In this document: one piece after another, positions 1 through 11,200 of the stretch
How positions within the stretch are numbered: the stretch's first letter is position 1
Layout: every line of letters begins with the position of its first letter
NCBI GenBank assembly: GCA_963811575.1
Contig: CAWERY010000015.1
Span: 8,325 to 72,324 of the forward strand
Direction of reading: 5' to 3'
DNA from: an uncultured Solibacteraceae bacterium
GTDB taxonomy: Bacteria; Acidobacteriota; Terriglobia; Bryobacterales; Bryobacteraceae
DNA: 64,000 nucleotides
Made by a program: the position numbers and the translations under genes
Notes under the pieces: model-generated
What the model saw: only the letters and a program-made list of their open reading frames with translations
What the model was told of the DNA's origin: nothing
Database searches by the model: none

Positions 1-164
1 AACAGCCCGTCGCGATTCAGTTACGCTACCTCCAGACCCTGGTGGAAATCGGCACGGAAAAAAATACTACAATCGTTTTTCCACTGCCGCTCGATATAAT
101 TGCATCATTGGGCCGTGCGCTCGACCGGACTGGAAATGGCGGGGCTGCAGCGGGAACTCCTTAA
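1..164 (+). CDS. SPFH/band-7 (stomatin/slipin-like) protein, C-terminal fragment; 5' end lies outside the window
   Basis: Frame 3 reads ...[33 protein letters not shown]... to TAA at 162-164. The LRYLQTL..I..EKN.TI.FP.P pattern is typical of SPFH C-termini. It is absent from the ORF track because it has no start codon in the window. Confidence 0.5.
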   Translation, partial: QPVAIQLRYLQTLVEIGTEKNTTIVFPLPLDIIASLGRALDRTGNGGAAAGTP

Positions 165-167
165 ACC

Positions 168-779
168 ATGAGAAACAACGACACCGGCGAATTCGAACTG
201 GTAGTGGGTAACAAACAACTCCTCAGCGGCTTCTTCATCGTCGTCCTGCTCTTCGCGGTCGCCTTCGCGATGGGGTATGTGGTCGGCCAGAACTCGCCGC
301 GCTCTGCCAAGATGGCGTCCGAAACCGGCGCCGGTTCGCCCGTCACCAGCGCCGCCGATGCGCGTCCGCAGCCCTCTTCCCGACCGCCCGTGGCCGCCCC
401 GTCACCGGAACCCGCCGCCGAGCAGCCGCCGCAGGATTCCCAACCGCAGCCCACCACCCAGGCCGCGCAGGGTTCGCAGCCGCCGGCCCCCGAAAAGCCC
501 GCCGCCAAAGCCGCGGAACCCCCCAGCGCTCCTCCCGGCATCGTGTCTCCTTCCGAACTGCCGCCTGGAAATTTCTGGCAGGTCATCGCCGTCAAACCCG
601 AAGTCTCCGATGCCATGCGTCAGACCCTCAGGGATAAAGGTTTTCAGGTCGCGCTCACCCCCGGCATCAACAATCTCACCCGCGTCCTCGTCGGACCCTT
701 CTCCGATACCCAGGCCATGGGCCGCGCCAAGACCGAGTTGGAAAATGCCGGCTTCCGGCCCGTGCGGTACCATCCGTGA
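168..779 (+). CDS. SPOR-domain membrane protein (TM helix, Pro/Ala-rich linker, C-terminal SPOR-like domain)
   Basis: ATG at 168. TM helix LLSGFFIVVLLFAVAFAMGYVVG, then a PAPE/PQ-rich low-complexity linker. C-terminus FWQVIAV...GFQVAL...RVLVGPF...ENAGF resembles the SPOR fold. The stop overlaps the lipA start (GTGA). Confidence 0.7.
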   Translation: MRNNDTGEFELVVGNKQLLSGFFIVVLLFAVAFAMGYVVGQNSPRSAKMASETGAGSPVTSAADARPQPSSRPPVAAPSPEPAAEQPPQDSQPQPTTQAAQGSQPPAPEKPAAKAAEPPSAPPGIVSPSELPPGNFWQVIAVKPEVSDAMRQTLRDKGFQVALTPGINNLTRVLVGPFSDTQAMGRAKTELENAGFRPVRYHP

Positions 780-1702
780 TTGAGCCGCTAGTCCAAATCG
801 GCAACGGCGCTCCGCCGCCCAAACGCCCCCGTTTGCCCGAATGGGCGCGCAAAAGCAAAACCCATTTCCAATCTCTCAATCACCTGAAACGCGGCCTCCG
901 CGAACTCAATCTCCATACCGTCTGCGAGGAAGCGCGCTGCCCCAATATCCACGAGTGCTTCCACCGCGGCGCCGCCACTTTCATGATCCTCGGCGAGCTT
1001 TGCACCCGCGGCTGCGGCTTCTGCAGCGTCCGCAAACTCAATCCCCGGAAGCATGACGTCCGCCTCGATTCCGCCGAGCCCGCCAACGTCGCCCGCATGG
1101 CGCGTGACATGAACCTCCGCTACGTCGTCATCACCAGCGTGAATCGCGACGATCTTCCCGACGGCGGCTCGCACCATTTCGCCGAAACCGTGCGCCAGGT
1201 CCGCCGTGCCCTGCCCGCTGCCCGCGTCGAAGTCCTCACGCCGGATTTCTGCGGCGATCTCGATGCCGTGGCCCGCGTGCTCGATGCCGAACCCCACGTC
1301 TTCAATCACAATATGGAAACCGTGCCGCGCCTCTATGCCCGCGTGCGCCCGCAGGCGGAATATCGCCAGTCCCTCGACGTCCTCGCTTTCGCGCGGCGTC
1401 ATGCCCCCTCCGTGCTCGTGAAGTCCGGCTTCATGGTCGGCCTCGGCGAAACCGCCGCCGAAGTCGAGTCCCTGCTCCGCGATCTCCACGCCGCCGGTAC
1501 CCAAATCGCCACCATCGGACAGTACCTCCAGCCCACCCGCCGCAACCTGCCCGTCGAAGCCTTCGTCGATCCCGCGCAGTTCGACGCCTGGCGCGATTAC
1601 GGTCTCGGCCTCGGCTTCCAGGCCGTCTTCAGCGGACCTCTCGTGCGTAGCTCCTACATGGCCGATCTGGTCAGCGAGGAAGCCCAGCGGGGTCTGTGCT
1701 GA
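776..1702 (+). CDS. lipA: lipoyl synthase
   Basis: Auxiliary cluster motif CEEARCPNIHEC and radical-SAM motif CTRGCGFCSV. Full-length 308 aa with the conserved SGFMVGLGET and SSY motifs. Confidence 0.95.
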   Translation: MIEPLVQIGNGAPPPKRPRLPEWARKSKTHFQSLNHLKRGLRELNLHTVCEEARCPNIHECFHRGAATFMILGELCTRGCGFCSVRKLNPRKHDVRLDSAEPANVARMARDMNLRYVVITSVNRDDLPDGGSHHFAETVRQVRRALPAARVEVLTPDFCGDLDAVARVLDAEPHVFNHNMETVPRLYARVRPQAEYRQSLDVLAFARRHAPSVLVKSGFMVGLGETAAEVESLLRDLHAAGTQIATIGQYLQPTRRNLPVEAFVDPAQFDAWRDYGLGLGFQAVFSGPLVRSSYMADLVSEEAQRGLC

Positions 1703-3150
1703 ACTGGATTCTGGCCCTGGCTTCGGCCGCGCTCCTGATCCTCGTTTTCCCGAAATTCTCCTTCGTCTGGCTGGCGCCCGTCGCCCTTGCCCCGCTACTC
1801 GTCGCCCTCGCTCGCGAATCGCGATGGCCGCGCCGCTTCCTGCTGGGCTGGGCCGCCGGCGTAGTTTACTGGTTCGGCGTCTGTTACTGGATCCAGTTCG
1901 TGCTCGCCTTTCACGGCGGGCTCGGTAACATAGCCGGTTGGGCCGTCTTCCTCTTGTTCTGCGTCGCCAAAGCCGTCCATCTCGGAGTCTTCGCGGCCCT
2001 CGCCGGCCTCCTCATGCGCCGCTGGTGGGCCACTCCCACCGTTGCCGCTCTCTGGGTCGCCATCGAAGCCACCCACGGTTCGCTTGGCTTCGCCTGGCTC
2101 GCCCTCGGCAACGCGGGCATCGATATGTCCAGCCCGCTTCGTCTCGCGCCCTTCACCGGTGTTTACGGACTTTCTTTCGTCTTCGCCTTGTTCGGTGCCG
2201 CACTTGCTGGCGTCGCGCTGCGCCGTCCCCGCCCTGAGCTCCTGTGGCTGGCCCCCGTGCTCCTGCTGCCGCTCCTGCCCCCGCTGCCCCCCGCCGAACG
2301 CGGGCGCGAGGCTGCCCTGCTCGTCCAGCCCAACATCTCGGAAACCGAGCAGTGGACCGCCGAGAGCCTCGATCGCCTCAAACAACGCCAGGTCATGCTC
2401 TCCCTGCGCGGCGCCCTCGCCGAGTCGCAGCCGCCCTCCATCATCGTGTGGCCCGAAGTGCCCGCGCCGTTCTACTACACCGAAGACCCCGTCTTCCGCG
2501 GCTACATCAATAATTTGGCGCGTACTGCCCGCGCCTACGTCCTCGCCGGCATCGTCGCTCACACGCCCGGCGGCGCGCCTTTGAATTCCGCGGCTCTCGT
2601 CTCGCCCGAAGGAACTTTGGTAAGCCGATACGACAAGGTGAACCTCGTCCCCTTCGGTGAGTTCGTCCCCTGGCCGTTCGGCTTCGCGAACAAGATCTCT
2701 ACCGAGGTCGGCGATTTCGCCCCGGGCTCGCACGTGGTCGTCTCCCCCGCCGGCAGTCATCGCCTCGGCACCTTCATCTGTTACGAAAGCGTCTTCCCCA
2801 GCTTCGTGCGCAAGTTCGCAGCCGGCGGCGCTCAGGTGCTCTTCAATATTTCCAACGATGGCTGGTTCGGCAAGACCGCCGCCCGCTGGCAGCACGTAAA
2901 TATCGTCCGCATGCGCGCTGCCGAAAATCGCCGTTGGATTCTGCGCGCCACCAACGATGGCGTCACCGCCGCCATAGACCCGGCGGGCCGCCTCCGCGGT
3001 ACCCTTCCACCCTACGAAGAGGCCGCATCCTACACCGGCTTCAATTACGAGAGCGCCCTCACCTTTTACACCCGCTTCGGCGATTGGTTCGCCCTGCTCT
3101 GCGCTACTCTCGCCATCCTCGGACTCGTCGCCGAACGCACCCTGGGCTAG
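1696..3150 (+). CDS. lnt: apolipoprotein N-acyltransferase
   Basis: GTG start overlaps the lipA end by 7 nt. Multi-TM N-terminal half, then a CN-hydrolase domain (VWPE..., KVNLVPFGE, FICYES catalytic Cys, ISNDGWF). Confidence 0.9.
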   Translation: MLNWILALASAALLILVFPKFSFVWLAPVALAPLLVALARESRWPRRFLLGWAAGVVYWFGVCYWIQFVLAFHGGLGNIAGWAVFLLFCVAKAVHLGVFAALAGLLMRRWWATPTVAALWVAIEATHGSLGFAWLALGNAGIDMSSPLRLAPFTGVYGLSFVFALFGAALAGVALRRPRPELLWLAPVLLLPLLPPLPPAERGREAALLVQPNISETEQWTAESLDRLKQRQVMLSLRGALAESQPPSIIVWPEVPAPFYYTEDPVFRGYINNLARTARAYVLAGIVAHTPGGAPLNSAALVSPEGTLVSRYDKVNLVPFGEFVPWPFGFANKISTEVGDFAPGSHVVVSPAGSHRLGTFICYESVFPSFVRKFAAGGAQVLFNISNDGWFGKTAARWQHVNIVRMRAAENRRWILRATNDGVTAAIDPAGRLRGTLPPYEEAASYTGFNYESALTFYTRFGDWFALLCATLAILGLVAERTLG

Positions 3151-3155
3151 CCGCC

Positions 3156-4229
3156 CTACGAGTGCCGGATCACCAGAACGTCGCCGTCCTTTACGATGTA
3201 TTCCTTGCCTTCCAGCCTGAGCTGCCCCTTGTCCCGCGCGCCCGAATAGCCGCCCAGGTCGATCAGCGTCTGCCAGTTCACCACTTCCGCGCGAATAAAC
3301 TTCTTCTCGAAGTCCGAATGAATCGCCCCCGCCGCTTTCACCGCGCTGCTGTTCATCGGAATCGTCCACGCCCGGCACTCGTCCTCGCCCGCCGTCAGAA
3401 AGCTCATCAGCCCCAACAGGGAATACGTCGCCGAAATCAGCCGCTCCAGGCCCGATGCGCTCAGCCCGTAGCTCGCCAGGTATTCTACTTGCTCCTCGCG
3501 CGGCAGTTCCGCCAGCTCCGCCTCGATCTTGCCGCACACGCCCGCTACCGCCGTCCGCGCCCGCCCCGCCAGAGGACCCTTGCGATACTCCTCCTCGCGC
3601 TCGTGCAGCCGCGCCGCGTCTTCCTCGCCCAGGTTCAGCACATACAGCATCGGCTTCTGCGAGAGAAACTGGAATCCGCGAATCCGCTTTTCGTCTTCCG
3701 CGTCGAGCTCCAGTTGCCGTAGCGGCTGGTTGGCCTCGATCAGCGTCTTGCATTTCACCAGCAACTCGTATTCGCGATCCAGCTCCGGGTTCTTGATCTT
3801 CTTGCGATCTTTCTCCAGCCGCTCCAGCCGCTTTTCCACCACCGCGAAGTCGCTGAGAATCAGCTCCGTCTCCAGGTCTTCCATGTCGCGGATCGGGTCC
3901 ACCGATCCCTTCTCGTGCGGAATCGTGTCCGATGCAAACAGCCGCAGCACGTGCGCGAACGCGTCCACGTTGCGCATGCTGGCCATCGCCCCCGCGTCGC
4001 GCAGCGTCTCCTTGGAAATCGAGGGCATGTCCACGTATTCCACCGTCGCGTGCGTCACCTTCGGCGGCTCGAAAAGCTTGCCGAGCGCCTCCAGGCGCGC
4101 GTCCGGAACCTTCGCGACACCCTGCCGCACAGAGGTCGAACCGATCCGCGTCTCCTGGTGCACGCCGGTCAGAATCGTGAAAAGTGAGGTCTTGCCCGTC
4201 ATGGGCAGGCCGATAATTGCTGTTCTCAT
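3156..4229 (-). CDS. ychF: redox-regulated ATPase YchF (Obg-like)
   Basis: N-terminal P-loop GLPMTGKTSLF, helical insert, C-terminal TGS-like end ...GKEYIVKDGDVLVIRHS. 357 aa, a typical length. Confidence 0.9.
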   Translation of the reverse strand: MRTAIIGLPMTGKTSLFTILTGVHQETRIGSTSVRQGVAKVPDARLEALGKLFEPPKVTHATVEYVDMPSISKETLRDAGAMASMRNVDAFAHVLRLFASDTIPHEKGSVDPIRDMEDLETELILSDFAVVEKRLERLEKDRKKIKNPELDREYELLVKCKTLIEANQPLRQLELDAEDEKRIRGFQFLSQKPMLYVLNLGEEDAARLHEREEEYRKGPLAGRARTAVAGVCGKIEAELAELPREEQVEYLASYGLSASGLERLISATYSLLGLMSFLTAGEDECRAWTIPMNSSAVKAAGAIHSDFEKKFIRAEVVNWQTLIDLGGYSGARDKGQLRLEGKEYIVKDGDVLVIRHS

Positions 4230-4248
4230 AATGAATAAGGAGCGATTT

Positions 4249-5235
4249 CTACAGGGGTACTTCCACCTGGCTGAGGATTTCTTCGATGATGCGCTCGCCG
4301 GCCTCGCCGCGCCGCTGCACCAGCGTCGTGCGCGTGTTCACCACCACCCGGTGGCCAAATAGCGGCGCCGCCAGCCGTTTCACGTCGTCCGGAATTGCGT
4401 AATCCCGGCCTTCGATCAACGCCAATGCCTGCACCGCGCGGAACAATGCCTGGCTGCCTCGCGGACTTACTCCCAGCGTGAGCGATTCGTGCGTCCGCGT
4501 CCGCTCCACAATGGCAAGCATGTAGTCCACCAGCGTCTCTTCCACCGTGATGCGATGTACCGCGTCCTGCAATTGGATTACGTCCTCGGCACCCAGGCCG
4601 GATTGCGCCGGCGGCGCGTTCTCCCGCTCGCGATTGCGCAGAATCATCCGCTCGCTGGCAGCATCCGGATAGCCGATCCGCAGCCGCATCAGAAAACGGT
4701 CCAGTTGCGATTCCGGCAGCGGATACGTCCCGTGATGCTCCACCGGGTTCTGCGTGGCAATCACCATGAACGGCCGCGGCAGGGAATGCGAGTGCCCGTC
4801 GATCGTCACCTGGCTTTCATTCATCGCTTCGAGCAGCGCCGATTGGGTCTTCGGCGTCGTCCGGTTGATTTCGTCCGCCAGCAGGAAGTTGCTGAAGATC
4901 GGGCCTGGCTTGAATTCGAATGTCTCCGCGTGGCCATTGTAAATGGTCACTCCCAGCACATCGCTGGGCAGCATGTCGCTTGTGAACTGCAGCCGGTGGA
5001 AGCGGCACGACACCGATCGCGCCAGCGCCTGCGCAAGCGTCGTCTTGCCTACTCCAGGCACATCTTCGATCAACAGATGACCGCGCGCAAGAAGGCTGAC
5101 CAGGGAGAGCCGTACCACCTCGGGCTTGCCGCGAATCGCCGCACCGACGGCCGTCTCCAGTTCTGCAATCTTGCGGAGAATATCGGGCGAAAACCCAACT
5201 GGCGGGGCCACTGCTGTTTCCCGCGGGGACATCAC
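4249..5235 (-). CDS. MoxR-family AAA+ ATPase
   Basis: Walker A GVPGVGKTT, Walker B LLADEINRTTPKTQSALLEAM, and the C-terminal MoxR lid region. No DUF58 or VWA partner gene is adjacent. Confidence 0.9.
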   Translation of the reverse strand: MMSPRETAVAPPVGFSPDILRKIAELETAVGAAIRGKPEVVRLSLVSLLARGHLLIEDVPGVGKTTLAQALARSVSCRFHRLQFTSDMLPSDVLGVTIYNGHAETFEFKPGPIFSNFLLADEINRTTPKTQSALLEAMNESQVTIDGHSHSLPRPFMVIATQNPVEHHGTYPLPESQLDRFLMRLRIGYPDAASERMILRNRERENAPPAQSGLGAEDVIQLQDAVHRITVEETLVDYMLAIVERTRTHESLTLGVSPRGSQALFRAVQALALIEGRDYAIPDDVKRLAAPLFGHRVVVNTRTTLVQRRGEAGERIIEEILSQVEVPL

Positions 5236-5297
5236 AACTCAATGATACTAAACATCAGCCCACTTCCCTTAATTCCCTTGAAAATGCCCTGTCACGC

Positions 5298-8201
5298 CTA
5301 GAAATCCACCTTCATCCCGATCTTAAACAGCCGCGGCGGCAAAACCGTCTGCGGATTCAAAAACAGGGCGCCTGCATTCACGCTCGTGTTCTCCCCCATG
5401 AATGTCGCGCGATTCAGCAGGTTGTAAATGTCCAGCTCCGGTAGGAACTTCCACCGCTCCCCAATCCGGAATACCCGCCCCAGCCGCACGTCCAAAAGGT
5501 TCACGTCCGGCAAACGCACCGCGCCCTGCGGCGCCACGTAGAGCGTCTGGCTGCTCTGTGTCAGCGTCGTTCCCGGCGGCAGCAGCGCCGAAGTCACCGT
5601 CAGCGTCTCCCCCAGCGGCGTGCCGCTCGAATGCTGGAAGTTGCCGCTCAGAGAGATATTCCACGGCAGCGCATACTCGCCCGATACCTTGAGCTGCACC
5701 GGCGTGTCGTCCACAATCAGGCCCAGCCGGTTGATATCGTTATTCGGATTATTCAAATCGTCCAGCCCCGCCTGGATATCTCCGCGCGTGGCGCCGCGGT
5801 CGCGGCCCACTGTGAGTCCGCCCAGTAACATCCAGCGTTTGGTCATCTGGCGCCGCGCCAGTATGTCCACGCCGCGGTAATCGGTGTTCAGTTGTCGCGA
5901 GTTGGTTAATTCGTAATTGATCTGCCCTCGCGTCGCGTTCGATTGGTTATAAACCACCACCGTCTGCCCGGCCAGCGGCATCCCCCCCGGAATCTGGATC
6001 GCTAGCGGAACATATTCAGATTCCGGTACCGCCGTGTTGATCCGTCCGATTGCGTCCCCCGTGGAGCGGTGCCAGGCGGTCACCGAAGCCACAATCCCCA
6101 GCGGTAGCTGTTGGTGGATTCCCAAACTCGCCTCCAGGCTGGAGGGCCGCTTGATGCCCGGCGCCAGCAGAGTCGTATTCGCGCCGAATCCATGAAACCC
6201 GCTCAAGTCGAGCTGGCTCACTTGCGGACCCTTCGTGATACAACTGGGCCCCGCGCAATTCCACGGCACCGTCACCCCGCTGGCGAAAAATTGCAGGGGG
6301 TTTACTGCCTGCAACAGGTTCGTTGCGATCCCCTGCATGTACTTGTTGAAGCTCGCGCGGATCACCGTCCGTCCATGCCCCTCCACGTCGTAGGAAACTC
6401 CCAGCCGCGGCGTCCAGTTCCGGAAGTTCGGAATATTGTCGATCTCCGCATAGCTGCGCGCTGCCGTGAACGTCCCGGCCGGCGCAACCTGCGCTGGAAT
6501 CGTACCCAGCATCCACTCCCATCGCATTCCCAGGCTCAACGTCACGCGCCGGCTGATCCTCCACGTGTCCATCGCATATACCGCGGTCGTGTCCTCCACG
6601 TTTCGCTGCAAGAGAATCGGCGTGTTGTAAAGCGTCGCCGTGCTCGCGGTCCCATTGATCAGATTGCCCTGCAGATCCCCGTTGGCCGTGTAGCGGTAAT
6701 TGAAAAAATCGTGCGTGTACTGCACTCCGAAGCGTATCGTGTGCCGTCCCGCAATGTGGCTGGCCGATGAGTCCACCGCCACTCGTCCCGTGAAGTTCAC
6801 GGACGCGCTGGCCGGCGCGTTGTACAGCACTGAGGCCGCGGTGTCCTGCACCGAAATCGCATCGCTGCCTACTTCCGGCTCGTAGCGTAGCGGGAACCGC
6901 AGTTTGGTGAGCGCAACCCCCGTCTCCATCACCCATTTTCCCGAAGGCACATAGGTGTGCTTCACATGGGCGTTGTACCCCAACTGGTTCTGCAGCACCG
7001 CCGTGTCGTCCGGCTGAAATGCCGGAGACGTGCCGCGGCGATGGTAGCGGTTCTTCTGGTTCCGGCTGTACATCAGGCTGAAATGGTGGCTCGCGCTGGC
7101 CTGGTAGCTGAACTTCGCCATCTCGTTGCCGATCAGGTTATCGTTCAACGCCTGCGCGCCCTTCTGGTTGAACCCTCCCGTTACCAGGTTGTTGGTCGTC
7201 CACAAACGCCATGCGGTGAACCACCAGAGCTTGTTCTTGAGAATCGGTCCGCCTGCCTGCCCGCTGTAATCGTAAGTCTCCGTCACCGGGTTGCCCAGTT
7301 TCTCAGGCATGTTTTGCAAGGCCGCCGGAATGTTCGCCGTCAGTTGTCTCGCCAGCGCCGGGTCGATGTTGTTGGATTGCATTCCTTGCGATGCCCCGTT
7401 GGCGAAGAGCGTGCCGTGAAATCCGTTGCCTCCGTCTTTCGTAACCAGGTTCATATACACGCCGCCGGTCGCAATGTCCGCCGGGTGAGCCCCGGTCACA
7501 TAATCGATCTCCTGGAACATTCCCGTGTCGTAGTAGATTGCGGTAAATCCACCGCCGCCGCCCGGCCACGTCACATTCATTCCATCGATCAGGAACTTCT
7601 GATCGGCGATGTTTGACCCGTGCACCGTCAGCGTCGCCGCCTGCGTATTGGTAGATCCGCCTACGTCGTAGACCGCGGGAACCACGCCCGGCACCGTGTT
7701 ACTGATCGACCATGGCGCCCGGCCCGTCGGAATCCCCTCCATCACCGCCTGCCCCGCTACCGTCTGCGCCGTGACGTGTTCGGTGTCGATCGCCGTTGCC
7801 TCTGCCTGCACCGTCACCCTCTGCGTCATTTCCCCGACTTCCAGTTGCCCGTCCGCGGTAGCCCGCACCCCGCCGTTGAGCGTAATGCCGTCCGCCAGGT
7901 AGGTCTTGAAGCCCGCCTTCTCAAACGTCACCTGGTAAGTGCCGGGCGGTAGCTCCAGAAACTGGTAATAGCCGTCGGCATCTGAGACCGCTTTCCTCGG
8001 TCCCCCGATCAGGCCCGCTCCGCTCACCGTGATCACCACACCACTGATCGCCGCGTCGCTCTTGTCCTTCGCCACGCCGCCGATGGAGGCGGCCACCGCC
8101 TGTCCCGAAAGCCGCATGGGCAGCAGCCCAACCAGTAACAGGAAGTAAGGCGCCCGGTTCTTCGCGAGAATTCTCATAATCCTTTTGGTGGCACGCTTCA
8201 T
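5298..8201 (-). CDS. TonB-dependent-receptor-like outer-membrane protein with N-terminal carboxypeptidase-regulatory-like domain
   Basis: Signal peptide, Ig-like N-domain (GYYQFLELPPGTYQVTFEKAGFK), a ~800-aa beta-barrel-type sequence, and terminal ...FKIGMKVDF. The ATG overlaps the stop of the upstream kinase (ATGA at 8198-8201). Confidence 0.8.
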   Translation of the reverse strand: MKRATKRIMRILAKNRAPYFLLLVGLLPMRLSGQAVAASIGGVAKDKSDAAISGVVITVSGAGLIGGPRKAVSDADGYYQFLELPPGTYQVTFEKAGFKTYLADGITLNGGVRATADGQLEVGEMTQRVTVQAEATAIDTEHVTAQTVAGQAVMEGIPTGRAPWSISNTVPGVVPAVYDVGGSTNTQAATLTVHGSNIADQKFLIDGMNVTWPGGGGGFTAIYYDTGMFQEIDYVTGAHPADIATGGVYMNLVTKDGGNGFHGTLFANGASQGMQSNNIDPALARQLTANIPAALQNMPEKLGNPVTETYDYSGQAGGPILKNKLWWFTAWRLWTTNNLVTGGFNQKGAQALNDNLIGNEMAKFSYQASASHHFSLMYSRNQKNRYHRRGTSPAFQPDDTAVLQNQLGYNAHVKHTYVPSGKWVMETGVALTKLRFPLRYEPEVGSDAISVQDTAASVLYNAPASASVNFTGRVAVDSSASHIAGRHTIRFGVQYTHDFFNYRYTANGDLQGNLINGTASTATLYNTPILLQRNVEDTTAVYAMDTWRISRRVTLSLGMRWEWMLGTIPAQVAPAGTFTAARSYAEIDNIPNFRNWTPRLGVSYDVEGHGRTVIRASFNKYMQGIATNLLQAVNPLQFFASGVTVPWNCAGPSCITKGPQVSQLDLSGFHGFGANTTLLAPGIKRPSSLEASLGIHQQLPLGIVASVTAWHRSTGDAIGRINTAVPESEYVPLAIQIPGGMPLAGQTVVVYNQSNATRGQINYELTNSRQLNTDYRGVDILARRQMTKRWMLLGGLTVGRDRGATRGDIQAGLDDLNNPNNDINRLGLIVDDTPVQLKVSGEYALPWNISLSGNFQHSSGTPLGETLTVTSALLPPGTTLTQSSQTLYVAPQGAVRLPDVNLLDVRLGRVFRIGERWKFLPELDIYNLLNRATFMGENTSVNAGALFLNPQTVLPPRLFKIGMKVDF

Positions 8202-11200
8202 CCGCTGCTCCCCGCCGACGATCCTGCCTCCAGGCAGCCCAGGTCGTGCAGAATAGACGTGTAGGATAGCCGCGCCGCCCGCCGCGTCAACCGCTCCCCA
8301 AGCGTCGCATCGAACTCGGCAATCCGGCCGATCGTGTGCGTAATACGCTCCCCGTTCAGCGAAATCAGCGCCTCGGTCAAGTCCACCCGCAAATTCTCCG
8401 GCAGCGCCTCCAGCAACTTCGCCTCGTCAGCCGCCGCGGCTTCGTCGTGATAGACGTACCGAACTCCCAGATGGCGCGCCAGGCAACCGAGAATCTCTCG
8501 CCGGCGGTAGGGCTTCAGTAGAAAATCGTCCATGCCCGCAATCATTACTATGTCGCGCTCCGAAGCGTAGGCGGAGGCGGTAATCGCCGCGATTTTTACC
8601 GCGCCGCCTCCTTCCAGCTTTCGGATCCGCCGCGTCGCTTCGATCCCGTCCATTACCGGCATCCGCACATCCATCCAGATGAAATCAGGCCGCCATTCTT
8701 CAAATGCCTCCACACCCTGCGCTCCGTCCTCCGCTACGCGCACCTGGAATCCGGCCTCCTGCAGAATGCGCTCCAGCATCAGCCGGTTTTCTATCTCATC
8801 GTCCACCACCAGGATCCGGTACACAGGCTGGCCCGCTTCCACTCCCGCGATTCGGCCCGCGTCGTCCGCGATCGTCTTTACCTCCGGTTCCTTCGCCGCT
8901 AATGCCGGCAGCTTCACCCGGAATATCGAGCCCTGGCCTTCCGTGCTCTCCACCTCGATGCTGCCGCCCATCAACTCCACGAATTTGCGCGTAATCGTCA
9001 GCCCCAGCCCGCTCCCCTTCTGTCCGTTCCGGTTGTGTACCTGCACGAACGCGTCGAAAATCCGGGCGTGGTCCTCCTTCGCGATGCCTATTCCGCTGTC
9101 CTCCACTTCGAACGTGAGCCGCAACTGTCCGGGTTCGTCTGCCTCCGTGCCCTGCAAACGCAGGATCACCCTGCCCTCATGGGTGTACTTCAAGGCGTTG
9201 CTGAGTAGATTGATGAATACCTGGCGCAGTTTGGGCGCGTCCGCCCACACGTACCTGGGAAAATCGTGCGGAGCGACGCACAGCAGCGCCAGCTTCTTCT
9301 CCCCGGCGCGCGGTCCCATCATCTCGGTGACGTCGTTCACCAGGTCCAGCAGGTCGCACGGCGTCAGGTCCAACTCCTGGCGCCCGGCTTCGATCTTGGC
9401 TACGTCCAGAACGTCGTTGATCAGGTTCAGCAGATGCTCTCCGCTGCGATTGATGATCTCCAGATCCTGGCGCTGCTTCTCGGATGTGGCGTCTTCGCGC
9501 AGCAAGGTCGAAAATCCAAGGATCGCGTTCAGCGGCGTCCGCAGCTCGTGGCTCATGTTCGCCAGGAAAGAACTCTTGGCATGGCTCGCCGCTTCCGCCT
9601 GGTCTCTAGCCTGCTCCAGTTCGCTGGTACGTTCCTCCACGATCTTGCGCAGCCGGCGCTCCCTCAATTCGAACCTCTTCACGCGCAATTTGTGCGAGCC
9701 AAAGATCAGTGTCAGTATCGTTAGCAGCGCCACCGACCGGCTCCAACCCGAGTTCCACCACGGCGGCGGCAGCGTCAACCGTATCGCGCTTTGCTCCCCG
9801 CTCCACGTCCTTCCATCCAGCGATGCCTGCACCCGGAATGCGTAGTTCCCCGGCGCAATACCGGTGTAACGCGCGAAGCGATGGCCGCTGTCGGCTTCCG
9901 TCCAGTCCTTTTCCAGGCCGTCCAGCCGAAAACGGTACCGTGTCTTTCGCGGGTGGAAATAGCAGAGCGATGCGAACTCGAATGCGAAGACCTTCTGCTC
10001 CGCCGATAAGTCCAGCGCATCGGTCTCCCAAATCGCCTGTCCCGAATCTCCTACCTTGCGGCCATTCACCTGAAAATCCGTGATCACCGCCGGCCGCGCC
10101 GTCATTCCAGCCAGCACTTCCCTTGGTACAAACGCGTTGAAGCCGGCTCGACCCCCAAAATACAGCCTGCCGTCACGCGCGCGGTAACAGGATCCCGACG
10201 TATACATATTCCCCTGCAGCCCGTCGCTGGCATCGTAGTTGTAAAAACGGCCTTCCTTGAGGTTCAGCCGCGACATGCCGCGCTGGAACGTGCTCATCCA
10301 GATATTCCCCAAATCATCCGCCAGGGCGCACATGATCGCGTTCTCCGGCAGCCCGTCGCGTACCGTGAACTGCCTGGATTTTTCTGTCTTCGGGTCAAAG
10401 CGAAATAGTCCGGCTTGGGTCCCCAGCCAGAGCATTCCCTCCGCGTCTTCCCGGATGGAATAGACGGCGATCGGGCCCTGGCTCACGATCCCCGCGCTTT
10501 GCGCCAGCGAGATCCGGTGTACCTCGCCTGTCGTATCCAGCTTGCGCAGTCCATCCGGCAGTGAGCCGAACCAGAGATTTCCCCCATGGTCCTCCGCCAT
10601 CGCGAAGCCGCCGCTCCGGTCCGCCAGGGTGGCGGTTCGCGTCTTTTTGTCGAGCACATAGCTCGAGCCGTTGCCGTTCCCCACCCACCACGCTCCCTGA
10701 CGATCCTGCTGGAGGGAAGTGAACTCGCGTCCGTCGATCGATCTGCGGAATTGGGCATACCTCCCCTTCTCCCGGTCGAACGTGCCCATGCCCATGTATG
10801 TGCCCACCCAGAAAGCTCCGGAATGGTCCTCGTATATTGAATAGACCTCGTCGCTGTCCAGGCTGTTCGGGTCCTCGGAGTCGTGCTGGAAGTGCGTGAA
10901 GTCGCCGCTCGCCGGGTCGAACCGGTTGAGGCCCCGCCCTGTGGAAACCCATATCTTGCCCGCGCGATCCTCGGAAAACCCCCTGACCGGCGCGCCGCTT
11001 AAAGCGCTGGAGTCATCCGGGTCCGGCACGAATTTGCCGAACCGGGAATAGGACGGCGAGTAGCGGTCCAGTCCCCCGGAGCGTCGCAGGTTCAGCCATA
11101 CGCCCCCGTCGCGGTCGGGAAGCAGCGCACCCAGTCCATCGTCCCGCTCCGCGCTGGCCTTCGTGATCTTGTACTGGCGCTGCACCGTCAGCTTGCCGCT

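Noticed and set aside
1795-3753. 652-aa ORF on the minus strand spanning lnt and ychF
   Set aside because: It is antisense to lnt and out of frame with ychF, both well supported. Its Arg/Gly/Ala-rich low-complexity translation is typical of shadow ORFs in high-GC DNA. The same reasoning applies to 15836-17143(-), 788-1504(-), 17370-18251(-), 18984-19919(-), 59742-60920(-), 61086-62135(-) and similar track entries.
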